64,000 nt of DNA from Paraphysomonas bandaiensis (GCA_965644295.1 CBFFRP010000066.1:124001-188000); one strand, 5' to 3'. Shown: positions 10,829 through 22,336, counted from the stretch's first letter. The notes: a model not told the origin generated them from the sequence alone. Translations and numbers: made by a program.

Positions 10829-12916
10829 ATGCATATGTATGTTATCATCATTGCAATCCATGCACTAACCACAGCAGCCCAGAGCTACTTGGGTTCTTAC
10901 GGTACTTCTGGTGATGCCTATGGGGTGTATGTGGTGAATGAGGTGGCGTATGTTGCTGATGGTGCTTCAGGACTACAGATTATTAACGTGAGTGATTCGA
11001 CCAGCCCATCGCTATTGGGTTCATACGATACACCTCATTTTGCATTTGTGGTGCATGTGGTGAATGAGGTGGCGTATGTAGCCGATCGTTCTTCAGGATT
11101 GCAGATTATTGACGTGAGTGATTCGACCAACCCATTCTTATTGGGTTCATACGATACTCCTGGTGATGCCTATGGGGTGGTTGTTGTGAATGAGGTGACC
11201 TATGTTGCTGATAGTTCTTCAGGATTGCAGATTATTGACGTGAGTGATTCGACCAGCCCATTCCTATTGGGTTCTTACGATACACCTGGTGCTTCCTATG
11301 GGGTATATGTGGTGAATGAGGTGGCGTATGTTGCCGATGGTGCTTCAGGATTGCAGATTATTGACGTGAGTGACTCGACCAACCCATTGCTACTGGGTTC
11401 TTTCGATACACCTGGTACTGCCTATGTGGTGTATGTTGTGAATGAGGTGGCGTATGTTGCCGATTATGCTGCAGGATTGCAGATTATTGACGTGAGTGAT
11501 TCAACCAACCCATTGCTATTAGGTTCTTACGATACACCGGATCTAGCCCGTGAGGTGTATGTGGTGAATGAGGTGGCGTATGTTGCTGATGGTTATTCAG
11601 GATTGCAGATATTGACGTGAGTGATTCGACCAGTCCCTTGTTAATGGGTTCTTACGATACGCCTCATTATTCACGTGGGGTGTATGTGGTGAATGAGGTG
11701 GCGTATGTTGCTGATGGTTATTCAGGATTGCAGATTATAGACGTGAGTGATTCCAGCAACCCATTTCTATTAGGTTCTTACAATACACCTGGTGCTTCCT
11801 ATGGGGTGCATGTGGTGAATGAGGTGGCGTATGTTGCCGATTATACTGCAGGATTGCAGATTATTGACGTGAGTGATTCGACCAGCCCATATCTATTGGG
11901 TTCTTACGGTACATCTGATTATGCCTATGCGGTGGATGTTGTGAATGAGGTGGCGTATGTTGCCGATCGATATTCAGGATTGCAGATTTTAAACGTTTTG
12001 TCGAATCCTACAGCACAGCCGACAACGGCAATCCCCTCTTCAATTCCCTCATCGATTCCCACAACTTCAATCCCCTCTTCAATTCCCACATCAATACCCA
12101 CTCTTCAGCCAACCACGTCAATCCCCTCTTCAATTCCCTCATCGAGTCCCACAACTTCAATTCCCTCAGCCAGTTCCACAACTCAACCAACCACTTGTGT
12201 TCCTACTTCGCAGTCTACGCTATTTGGCTACAGGGCGTCATCGTATTCTACCCCCCATCCCAGAGTCATTTCAGCCTATTGTCCCAATGGGTGCAGTGGT
12301 CACGGTTCTTGTGGAACCTATGGTAAGTGTACATGCTATGCCAGAATAGATGGTGAGCCTGCATGGACCTTTGCTGACTGTTCTGGTCGCACATGCCCCA
12401 AGTCTACAGCTTGGATTGGCACTGTCGAGGGGGCAAATGATGCCCACCCCGTGGCGGAATGCTCTAATAAGGGTATTTGTGATCGATCCACTGGTGAGTG
12501 CGTTTGTTTTGAGAACTACGAGGGTATTGCCTGCGAGAGAACCGTTTGTCCTAACTCTTGCAGCAATGCTGGTGTTTGTTTCACTCAGCTTCAACTGGCT
12601 GCTGAGGCTGGAATGCTTTACACCACTCCTTGGGATGCTGAGAAGCATGTCGGATGCATTTGCGATCTCGGCCGTCGTGGACCGGATTGTTCACTTGGTA
12701 AGTACTGTATATTATATGGTTGTGATTTTATAGTATATTTCTAATTTATTGTGTGCAGTGGAGTGCCCATCTGGAGCAGATATTCTGAAGGGATATGGTA
12801 ACGAAGCTGGCCGTGATTGCTCTGGTCGTGGTCTCTGCGACTATACGGATGGCACATGTACTTGCTTCCATGGTTACTATGGTACCAGATGTGAATATCA
12901 GACCATTCTTGGTTAA
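10829..12916 (+). pseudogene. Third LVIVD paralog (9 repeats + short PT stalk) fused to a Sig/Ocm mastigoneme-like EGF-repeat gene; 1-nt deletion frameshift at ~11610 (pseudogene or sequencing error)
   Basis: ATG at 10829 is homologous to the other copies; cagatattgac here versus cagattattgac in sister repeats; CPNGCSGHG...[15 protein letters not shown] motifs; GT-AG intron 12698-12758 then [52 protein letters not shown] ending at 12916. Confidence 0.8.
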
Positions 12917-13019
12917 TCGATATCATTTTCATATTCATTGGATTTATACATTTATACGACATTTACATTTATACCGTGTTCATTAGTTTGGGTGTCTTCT
13001 AACTACTACTAGTAGTAGT

Positions 13020-13200
13020 AGTGAATGTCTTAGCAGTCGGTGTTGAACAGCCAGAACTAATTTAGCATAACTAACTAGTAACTAGTGCGTAACTCTGATA
13101 TCCTACTATTTAACTCTACGAAAGCTGCACACACAGGCAGTCCATTACCACGGATGCCCTTGAAGTGGCCCGTTCCCGGATGCCTGTTGATTTGTAGAAG
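13020..13200. repeat. Dispersed repeat, diverged copy of ~35945-36210
   Basis: Shared blocks gtgaatgtctta, aactaactagt, tttaac.ctac.aaagctgca and cccggatgcctgtt.atttgt. Confidence 0.7.
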
Positions 13201-13799
13201 AGCCATGTTTACCGTTCCATCACCTATAACAAAAATTACGCGGAGCTTCTCGTGACCATGCATGTCCCATTATCTCATTTTAAGCCCCCTCCTCCCCTAG
13301 AATGCGCGGGGTTTCTCGAACATGGGCTATGCAAGGATATTGGAGATCTAACTAGAGCTTGCTTGGCGCAGACACGCAAAGAATACGCTGGGATTTAATA
13401 GCAATCTATACGATACGTAATCAACAATGGCACTTAACTAGGACAGACTCTCGGAATGGGGCAGTATAGTTGCAACGAAAACGCAGCTAAATTCCAGTCT
13501 AGCTTGCTCTTTTACATTTGTACTTTTTTCTACACTTTATTCGTGTAATAAGGTGTTAATTCAATTATTGAATGCACAGTATATTGATGATTGTTATTCG
13601 TATAAAGACACGAATCAATAATAGCGATTAGACCCTCTCAATATTCGGTCTACATTCGTAGCTCAAGCGATTGGTCTCAGTGACCAATTATACGTCCGCT
13701 CTGACTACAATGACATCAGCAAATAGTGATTTATTATTCTGGACTGCTACTTTTTAACTACCTCATCTCCATTAAGTGGATTACAAACGTAATATCTAA

Positions 13800-14226
13800 T
13801 TATAAACGTAATTCATCTTCTTCATCATCATCGATTGCGCCATGTGATGAATCTGATCTTGCACCAGCAACTAAATTGCTTCTGTATCTCTCGAGCATAT
13901 CCAACCTACTCTTCTCTTTCATATCGAAGTCAACATTATCCCCTTCCACATCAAAAAGTTCTTCCAAATCATCACCTTGCATTTCAATCTATTAAAAACA
14001 AAAACTCATTTATTAGTATAAACACATTCTGTTCTAATAAGTATGATACCATTCTTTTGAATTCCATTTCTTCATCATCTAATTGATGTTCTACTTTATC
14101 ATATCGATGAATAGATCCATACCATCGTCTTCTACAATAGCATATCAATCCTATAGTTAGTAACACTACTACAATTCCAATAGGTAGAAAGATTGCTAAT
14201 AATATACTTTGTTTTGAATCAGTCAT
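13800..14226 (-). CDS. Small single-pass membrane protein with acidic tail (2 exons; intron 13989-14049)
   Basis: N-terminal hydrophobic helix followed by RRRW; a 61-nt GT-AG intron joins ...EFKRM to IEMQGDD... in frame. Confidence 0.75.
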
Positions 14227-15244
14227 ATGAGTAATAGATTGATATACGTATGTATGTGTGTAGATGGGTGTGTGTGGATGTATGTGTGTATGTATAGAGA
14301 GATAGAGGCTATAAATAGGGACACTGGGATGATAAGAATAGAATCAAAATATAGTAAGATAAGAATTGAAAGTGTTTAATAAGAGTGTTACTTCTATTAG
14401 TTTGTGTTTCTAGTAGGTGGAGAGTGTTATGATGAACTTACTAACTACCTACAGTACAGTAATTACTGTATGCATCTTATTTTTCGGGAATAAATTGAAG
14501 CAAGTATTCTCTATATTACTGAAGTACAACTACGGCTGGAATACAGATAATTGTTGTCTCAATATTAGAGGCATCCTTGAACAAAAATATACAAAGGATG
14601 CCGATACGACTATAATTAAGAGATGAAGCATATGGGAATACTGTAAATTGTATGTCGTAGTTGATCAGATATAGAAATCCAGGGTTTCTTGTTATATTTT
14701 GCTTTTTTTGTTTTTTGGTCATGAATATATTCCAGTAATAAAGTCAAAAGGGTGAATTTTTATTGTGCTTGTTCCCACTGACAGAGATCTATATACAGTT
14801 TTTATATACTGAAGTCTAAGAACCTCATATTTTAGGAGTGCTAACATGCTGGTGTATGAATTTGTGTTCATTGATATTTAAAATAAACCAGTTTTCAACA
14901 AATTGACCTGTAAACCCTGTATTTTAATGAACTGAAAACTATTGTAGTCCTTAAAAGATACTCAACACAGAATACGGTCATACTGAGATGTATTCCTATG
15001 GACCAAACTGAAAAATGACCGTTAGAATGCACTGTATATCGCTATATATGTATGTATATGCATGTATGTATGTATACAGCACATCTATATGCATCAAGTG
15101 CATCTTCTTGCACCAAATGCATCATCCCTTGCATTAATAAGACCTAGTGAATAAGATTTAACCTCTGCATTGCAGTCTCTTTCATATTGACACAGTAGAT
15201 AAGAGTATTTAGAGCTTATTTATATACTTAAAACCATATTCGAT

Positions 15245-17589
15245 ATGGGAACTGTTGAAAAAATAGTTGATCACATGAATCGCATGTGCCTCGACAAGAA
15301 GGCTCAGGCAACAGAACGGTTCATGGAACATTCAGCATGGGTCACATCAGAGTTTGATAAGATTCGTGACTTACTTCAGTATAATTGTCCTCAAAAAGAG
15401 TTCAAAAGTGGTGATACTTCAGAGAATAGACAGAAACGAAAGTCACCCGAAACATGCTGCAATGGGAGTCGAAATTCACCGATGAGTAAACGAGTATCTG
15501 CAGATTACATAGAGCTTGCTGTTGCTGATGGGCTTCCTGCTGACTTGAATCGTCTTAAAAAGGAAGAACTATTACAAGCCCTTGAAGAACGTGGGATCTG
15601 CACCATGACAATGAAGGCCCTGAAGAAAGATCTCATTGAAGCTCTGAAGGACGTTTTGCTTGACATTCATCTCCGTAAGAATACGACTTCTGCTATGAAT
15701 TCTTCAGAGTACACTAAGCCTGTAATAGAAGAGGAACACCAATGTGAGTCAAGTCTGCAGTATGAGAGCGCACCAGAGCGAAAGCCATCCATCAGTGACC
15801 CTCCTGCTAGAAAACAGTCCATTCTTGCCGAGGCACGGCATCATGTGTCAGAGGCCCGGGCATCCATTCTCCAAGAAAATGTTGAAAGTGAAGAAGATAG
15901 GTCTCAGCGATTGGCAAAAGAGTATGAGGCTCGGAGGATGAGACACCGCAGCTCCCAGATTCGTCTCTCGCAGGTTGTTACTCGATTAGATGATACTGGA
16001 GATTCTCAAAACAAAGAAGATGAAGAGAGAGAAGAAGATGAACAAGTTGTCTCCTCTACTCCTTTCTTTGAATCTCAAGAGGACTTGCAGCAGAATGATG
16101 ACACGGTGGATGAGATTTCAAGCCCACACAAATCAGATCTTATAGATCTTTCTGACGAGGCGTTGTCCAAGACTCCCCATGATGGCGATTCTGAAACCCT
16201 TCCCGCTCCTACCTCCGTAAGTAAAATGGTTGCCGCTCTAGAGATGCGAACGCAATCCAATCTCAAGGAATCTCTTCATACTACTTCTCCCCGATCTGAG
16301 AAAGCTAAGACCTTACCAGCGCCTATAAAAGCAGTATGTGCGACTAAAGAAGCTGAGGCGTCCCGTCCTACCTCTGTAAAAATAATTAACTCCTCTGACA
16401 GCATCAGCAGCCATGAGTCTGTTGTGTCTGGAAACAAAGGGACCAAACCAACTAATATCGTTGGGGGCACTCAGACATCATTCCTAAGCTCTAATTCTGG
16501 TAGTAGTCATAATGCTGCTACTAAGCCGAAGCCTGTGGTTAGTTGTATATTATATTGATGAGAATTATTTAAATATATATGATATAGGTTCCTGCTCTGC
16601 AAAAGGCAGCATTGCTTAAGGAGAAGGAAGAAGCACGTGCCCTTCAAAAGAAAAAAGAGCTGGAAGAAAAGAAAAAAGAGCACATGAGAAAAATGCAAAA
16701 CACTTCTTCTACGAACACTTCTTCATCCAAATTCTTTCAAAGCTCTAAAACAAGTGGCAAACCTGCATCTTCTGTTGTATCTCAGAAGAAAGGTTTTGGT
16801 TGGTTTGGCTCCAAAAAGGACACTGTCATAAAAGAGCCCACAGCTTCATCTACTTCTGTTGCGAAGAATGATGTTGTTGCCAAGGAAACCCCATCCATAC
16901 CTGCCCCTCCACCAGTAGCCACCTCACATGAAGAGCCTCGTGCTGAAGTAGTTGAGCAAGAGAATCTTAAACCCTCAGCTATGGCGGCAGCTGCCCCTCC
17001 AGCCGCTGCAAGTTCATCTACTGAAGTGCTGCAGGAGAAAAAGATTATCGCCGCAGAATACACGGCGACGACACCAGCAAAGGTGGGATATGGGTCCGAC
17101 ACAAATTCTTATGAAGCCAGCCCGAGTCCGCCGAGAGAGGAATACAAAATAGACGACAGGTTACTTTACGCTTGAACTAAATACATGTTGTCATAGAGAT
17201 CTTTGCGCAGGGATGACAGCAGTTCAGATGATGGGTCAGGAACAGATGATGATGACGATGATAAGCAGCAGATACCTGAGTGGGCCAGGGGTCCTAAGCT
17301 CCGAGAGGCATTAGAAAAACAGTATGGCATTAACGGTCACACAGCAGTTGACCCCGATTTGATATTCCCTGATATACAAACGTGCAATTTGGAGGAGATA
17401 TTTGGTCGCCGTGAAGGCAAATGTGGAAAGTAAGTATTCAACTGGTACAGATGTTATGTATCCCTTTATAATATCTTTGGCAGATACTCAGTCCGCACAA
17501 GCTCCGCCAAATGGGATGCGGATAAAATCACGCTTGTAGAAAAAAGAAAGTACCGATCACAAATGGGATTTACTGTTAATGTGCTGTGA
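15245..17589 (+). CDS. INCENP: INCENP-like chromosomal passenger protein (4 exons; introns 16538-16587, 17160-17210, 17430-17483)
   Basis: C-terminal IN-box IPEWARG..L..ALEKQ...DPDLIF....CNLEEIFG...YSVRTSSAKW; coiled-coil and low-complexity middle; splices keep frame. Confidence 0.8.
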
Positions 17590-17939
17590 CCTCCATGATC
17601 GCCCTTATCCAGCTGAAGCACTACTATTATAATACTTTTATGATATTTATGAATCTTGGTACTTGGTACTATACCAAATGTTCTCCATCGTCGTCATAGA
17701 TAAGTACAACTCCCCATACTATTGTGTTATTGTAATAATGGATAATTATGTGTTTCAAAGTGCTTAGCTTAGTTTTATGGTAGAGCTGCTCAACTCATAT
17801 CAATAGTAGTAATCAAATACACAACTAGAGTATTGCATCCATCTATGTTAGATATAATCTAATTAGTAGTTAACATTAGTACTAAGATTAATTAACAGGT
17901 GTGATAAACTGGCTGCTGATACCAGAGTCTCTGACTCTG

Positions 17940-18340
17940 GCTCAACTAATATTGATTATTGATAATAAGTTTCAATGTTGGAAGTTGCTTGTAGCTTGTA
18001 GCTTATGGTCAGTAGTTGTATATACTGTATACAGTATAGTTACATGCCATTATATATTATGATTATGAAGGAACCTCAGGTTGAGGGCGGAACTCTGCTA
18101 GAGCCTGTCTTGTTTGTACAGTCATTATTGGGATATTGTTAGAAGTTAGAAGGATATGATACTTCTCGTGACACAGTTTATGAAGGCCAAATCAAAGCTG
18201 GGGGCACACTATTTGATTTAGTTGAGCGATATTTATTTGGTAGAAAAAGCTTTGGTGTTTTTTGGGCTTCCTTGTGCGTTGTACTATGATTACTGTTGCA
18301 AATGCCCTTTGCCCTTTACTAGCTTGTTTGTTGCAGGCAC
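17940..18340 (-). repeat. Degenerate dispersed repeat, inverted relative to segments flanking the LVIVD genes (~8480-8540 and ~3380-3500)
   Basis: Reverse complement of 17945-18000 shares ctacaagcaacttcca...cttattatcaataatcaatat with 8484-8536; acgcacaa and tttttacca-like motifs shared with 3400-3495. Confidence 0.5.
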
Positions 18341-19689
18341 CCCATGTTAGGGTGCTGTAGGGTCACTGTTCACTCATGTCATATATATATATACGAGCGT
18401 TCTGAATGTGTGCATATCTATATGTTGACATGTAGATGTTAATAATAATAGATAACATCGTTATAGTCGATGCTAACTGGTATAAGTATTAGCCATTAGT
18501 CATAGCAAAGAAGTTATATATGTAGATCTTAAACACAACGATTGGCAATATGTGTTTACAAGATGTAGAGGTATAAGGTATAAGTTTGCTTATCACACAA
18601 GTGTCTAAATCTAAACTACCAAGGCGTACAGTAGCTGATTTTATTGACAGAAGTAGTGTATTATTCCAAGTTATATGTGGGCTAGCATCGAACTATTTGC
18701 TGGAATAATTATATGCTTAACAGGGCAGTATACTATCAAAACACACATATATCGGCATGAATTTATGAGCAAATATTAGTCAAGTGGCTATGTAGTTTCA
18801 ATACGGCAATCAACAGACGACAGCTACCTAGTAATTATAATCGTACTATCAGTAATCTCACCAATAAACATATTACATGTATCACTGTAGGTAGTAACTC
18901 ATATCGTAAACATAAGGGAAACGTACATACATGTGCATACAAAAGTATACACAAGTCTTAAGAATAGCCAACAAAGACTAGACATGTATAGACATTCAAC
19001 AGTCATCAACAAGCACTTTGTTTCGGCATCGAGTTAAAGGGTTGTGTTATAATGACGTCAATGATACGATTCAAAGGCACAGCGTTGACTGTATTAGTCC
19101 AACCACCAGCCTTCGGATATTTCTCGTTTACCCTCCTCTTTCAACTCATTCTTATATGTGCGGTTTGTGCGTTCGCCTAGACCTCTTACCAGGGTGGTCA
19201 TCTTCCTCCTCGTAATCTGTGTTATTTCTCATGGACATGTTTAATTGTATGCTATAGTTATTATGATATGTGGGATCATGTTATATCGTATAGGCATCCT
19301 TTGTATATTTTTGTTGAAAAATGCCTCTAATATTGAGTCAACAATTATCTGTATTTCATCCGTAGTTATATTGCAGTAATATAGAAGGTTTTTGCTTCAA
19401 TTTATCTCCGAAAAATAAGTTGGACAAAAAAACATTTTTTCAGCAAAATTGTTTTTGTCAGGTGCAAAAAATAGAACTGGAATTATAAATTCATACAGAT
19501 AGACAAAAGACAAAAATGTCTTCTGTCGTTTTTGTCTTTTGCCTCACCACTTCGTAAACCAGATCTATGAAGATGTGGCCTAAGAAGCCTACAGTGGAGT
19601 GCTTAACTGCACTGGTCTCAATCTTCTTCTTAGTGTTTTCTAATCATCAATTGGGTTCATTTGAAGATTGATTGTCAAGTCCTTATAGA

Positions 19690-20150
19690 TCTAATTCTCG
19701 TTTGATCTTATTCTTGAAATAAGATCTTGTTCAGAGACTTTGTGGCTGTATGTAGCCAATTTTAGTCGTAATTTTTCGAATTCTTCCTGGAATTGATCAA
19801 TAGTTTGAGTTTGATTGATTTTGATTGATTGCAAAGGGCATGTTTGAGTGTTTTCGATCTTTGATCATGCCCTTTTTCCATCTCCTTCAGGGACTGTTTC
19901 AATAATACTCTCTGCTTCCTCGTTTTGGCCAATCACCGCGTTTGATAGAAGTGACCATAGGTAATTGTTGCCCTCCTCGAAATACTGCATATTTTCGTCG
20001 TCGGCATTTTTCCTGTATAGGTAGTCCTCTTCTGTTTTTTCTTCTTCACGTATAGGCTCCTCTGGGGCTGGGGCATCGTTTCTTAGAATGTATAATTTTT
20101 TTGGGCTTACGAAAGAGCCAGGCCCTGCTTTCCTTCTGCCATTAGGAGAA
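19690..20150 (-). mobile_element. Decayed LTR-retrotransposon (Ty1/copia-type) gag-like fragment
   Basis: Frame reads NYLWSLLSNAV...AESIIETVPEGDGKRA*SKIE...IDQFQEEFEKLRLKLATYSHKVSEQDLISR, with TGA where gag-like G..AW would have Trp; further in-frame stops follow. Confidence 0.45.
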
Positions 20151-20730
20151 GTTCTTGGCATCGAAGGGTGGCATGGAATTCTTCTTTTTGTCCGATGAAT
20201 CGGAGTCGGAGTTATCGTAACTGTTAGACTTATAGCCAAAATAAGATTTATAGCTAATCTTAGTATTTAATGAAAGATATACTTCGTTTTATTAGAAGAT
20301 AAAGATTGATTATATAAACTTCACATGAAGAATAAGGCCTAATAGTATGATAGCAAGATACGTTTGAACAGAGCGTTAGCACCACACACACGTATCTTGT
20401 ACAGTCGCGTCTTTTATAGTTTGGTATTTATTCAGTCCTTTTGATATTTCATTGTATACATGTGTTGTATTTGCACGCTTAGGAATGTACGTGAATCAAC
20501 CTTGCTTAATAGTGCCCAATATATATCAATATATTGCAACATATTTAGTTGTTTTTTCGAATCCCCCTGTATGTAATACACTCGATTTGGATTTAATAAA
20601 TGCTCCCTTGTCCATATACAAAATAATCATGAGATTGTTATTATTTCTTGTCTGATTTAGAATAATAGACACCTCCTAAAATATAGGTCATAATTCATAA
20701 TATGAATAAAGATATTTCCAAACATCCTTA

Positions 20731-22185
20731 CTATACAGCAGAGCTGCATATCCTTCCAAAACATGGACATGGAGAGTCCTGTGAACGAAGCCACTGCAGA
20801 ATATCCAAGTGTCCACCCTCTGCAGCAACTTTGCAAGTCAGCAAATTCCATGGACATGGAGGGTCCTGTGAACGTAGCCACTGCAGAACATCCAAGTGCC
20901 CACCCTCTACAGCAGAACAGCAAGTATATTCAATCCATGGACATGGAGGGTCCTGTAAACGAACCCACTGCAGAATATCCAAGTGTCCACACCTTGCAGC
21001 AAAGCTGCAAGTCCGCGAATCCCATGGACATGGAGGGTCCTGTGAACGTAGCCACTGCAGAACATCCAAGTGCCCACCCTGTACAGCAGAACAGCAAGTA
21101 TATTCAATCCATGGACATGGAGGGTCCAGTGAACGAAGCCACTGCAGTACCTCCAAATGTCCACCTCTAGCAGCAAAGCTGCAAATCCGTGAACCCCATT
21201 CAAATGGAGGGTCCTGTAAACGTAGCCACTGTAGAACATCCAAGTGCCCACCCCTAGCAGCAGCTTCGCAAGTAACTACATTCCAAGGACATGGAGGGTC
21301 CTGGGAACGAACCCACTGCAGTACCTCCAAGTGCCCACCCTCTGCAGCAGCATTACATGTTTCTTCATTCCATGGACATGGAGGGTCCTGTGAACGTAGC
21401 CACTGCAGAACATCCAAGTGCCCACCCTGTACAGCAGAACAGCAAGTATATTCAATCCATGGACATGGAGGGTCCAGTGAACGAAGCCACTGCAGTACCT
21501 CCAAATGTCCACCTCTAGCAGCAAAGCTGCAAATCCGTGAACCCCATTCAAATGGAGGGTCCTGTAAACGTAGCCACTGTAGAACATCCAAGTGCCCACC
21601 CCTAGCAGCAGCTTCGCAAGTAACTACATTCCAAGGACATGGAGGGTCCTGGGAACGAACCCACTGCAGTACCTCCAAGTGCCCACCCTCTGCAGCAGCA
21701 TTACATGTTTCTTCATTCCATGGACATGGAGGGTCCTGTGAACGAAGCCACTGCAGGATATCTAAGTGCCCACGCTCTGCAGCAGCTGCGCAAGTTTCTT
21801 CATTCCATGGACCCAGATGGTCTTGTGCATGAAGGCTCATGATGTGTATCATCTGCTGTAGTCTGCCGTATAGTGCACATGTATTCATTAGTTTGATGTG
21901 TGGACAGCCCATAGACAGAGCCCATGAGACCATTGAGTTGGTCATACAGTAGTGAGATGCATGCGACTGTACTCTCCTTATATCAACCATTTCGTAACAT
22001 ATCATACAAGTCTGAAGAAGGCCAGTACAATAGTGAGGTACAAGTGACTGTACTTTCATTACAGCAGCCATATTGTAAAATCTCCTACAAGTCATGATGA
22101 CTGGAAGGACTGCTGTGTGTGGGATCATAGAGATGATGATACGTAGAGCATCATCTTCGCGACCATCTATAAAGAAATTATTCAT
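20731..22185 (-). CDS. Ankyrin-like 29-aa repeat protein (W...TC..AA..GHL..LQWLR..DPPCP type) with possible degenerate F-box-like N-terminus
   Basis: 484-aa intronless ORF; about 12-13 repeats of 87 bp; last repeat truncated by a stop. Confidence 0.85.
   Translation of the reverse strand: MNNFFIDGREDDALRIIISMIPHTAVLPVIMTCRRFYNMAAVMKVQSLVPHYCTGLLQTCMICYEMVDIRRVQSHASHYCMTNSMVSWALSMGCPHIKLMNTCALYGRLQQMIHIMSLHAQDHLGPWNEETCAAAAERGHLDILQWLRSQDPPCPWNEETCNAAAEGGHLEVLQWVRSQDPPCPWNVVTCEAAARGGHLDVLQWLRLQDPPFEWGSRICSFAARGGHLEVLQWLRSLDPPCPWIEYTCCSAVQGGHLDVLQWLRSQDPPCPWNEETCNAAAEGGHLEVLQWVRSQDPPCPWNVVTCEAAARGGHLDVLQWLRLQDPPFEWGSRICSFAARGGHLEVLQWLRSLDPPCPWIEYTCCSAVQGGHLDVLQWLRSQDPPCPWDSRTCSFAARCGHLDILQWVRLQDPPCPWIEYTCCSAVEGGHLDVLQWLRSQDPPCPWNLLTCKVAAEGGHLDILQWLRSQDSPCPCFGRICSSAV
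21023..21745. repeat. 348-bp (4 x 87 bp) near-exact internal tandem duplication within the ankyrin-like gene
   Basis: Block starting catggacatggagggtcctgtgaacgtagcc at 21023 recurs at 21371. Confidence 0.9.
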
Positions 22186-22336
22186 AGTTTATATGAGACT
22201 GATAGAGTGATAATACGCTGCAACAAATGAGATCTACATACATATACACATACATATATGTACATATACATATCTAGATATGAGACAGACCAAAGAAGAG
22301 AAATTTCCTCCTCAATTCGGAAAATCCGTCACGTAC

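Noticed and set aside
930-11997. 126-bp repeats with variable inserts as a CRISPR-like array
   Set aside because: They are in-frame protein repeats with no unique spacers and no cas genes
20702-21832. 376-aa plus-strand His/Cys-rich ORF
   Set aside because: Antisense shadow of the ankyrin-like repeat gene
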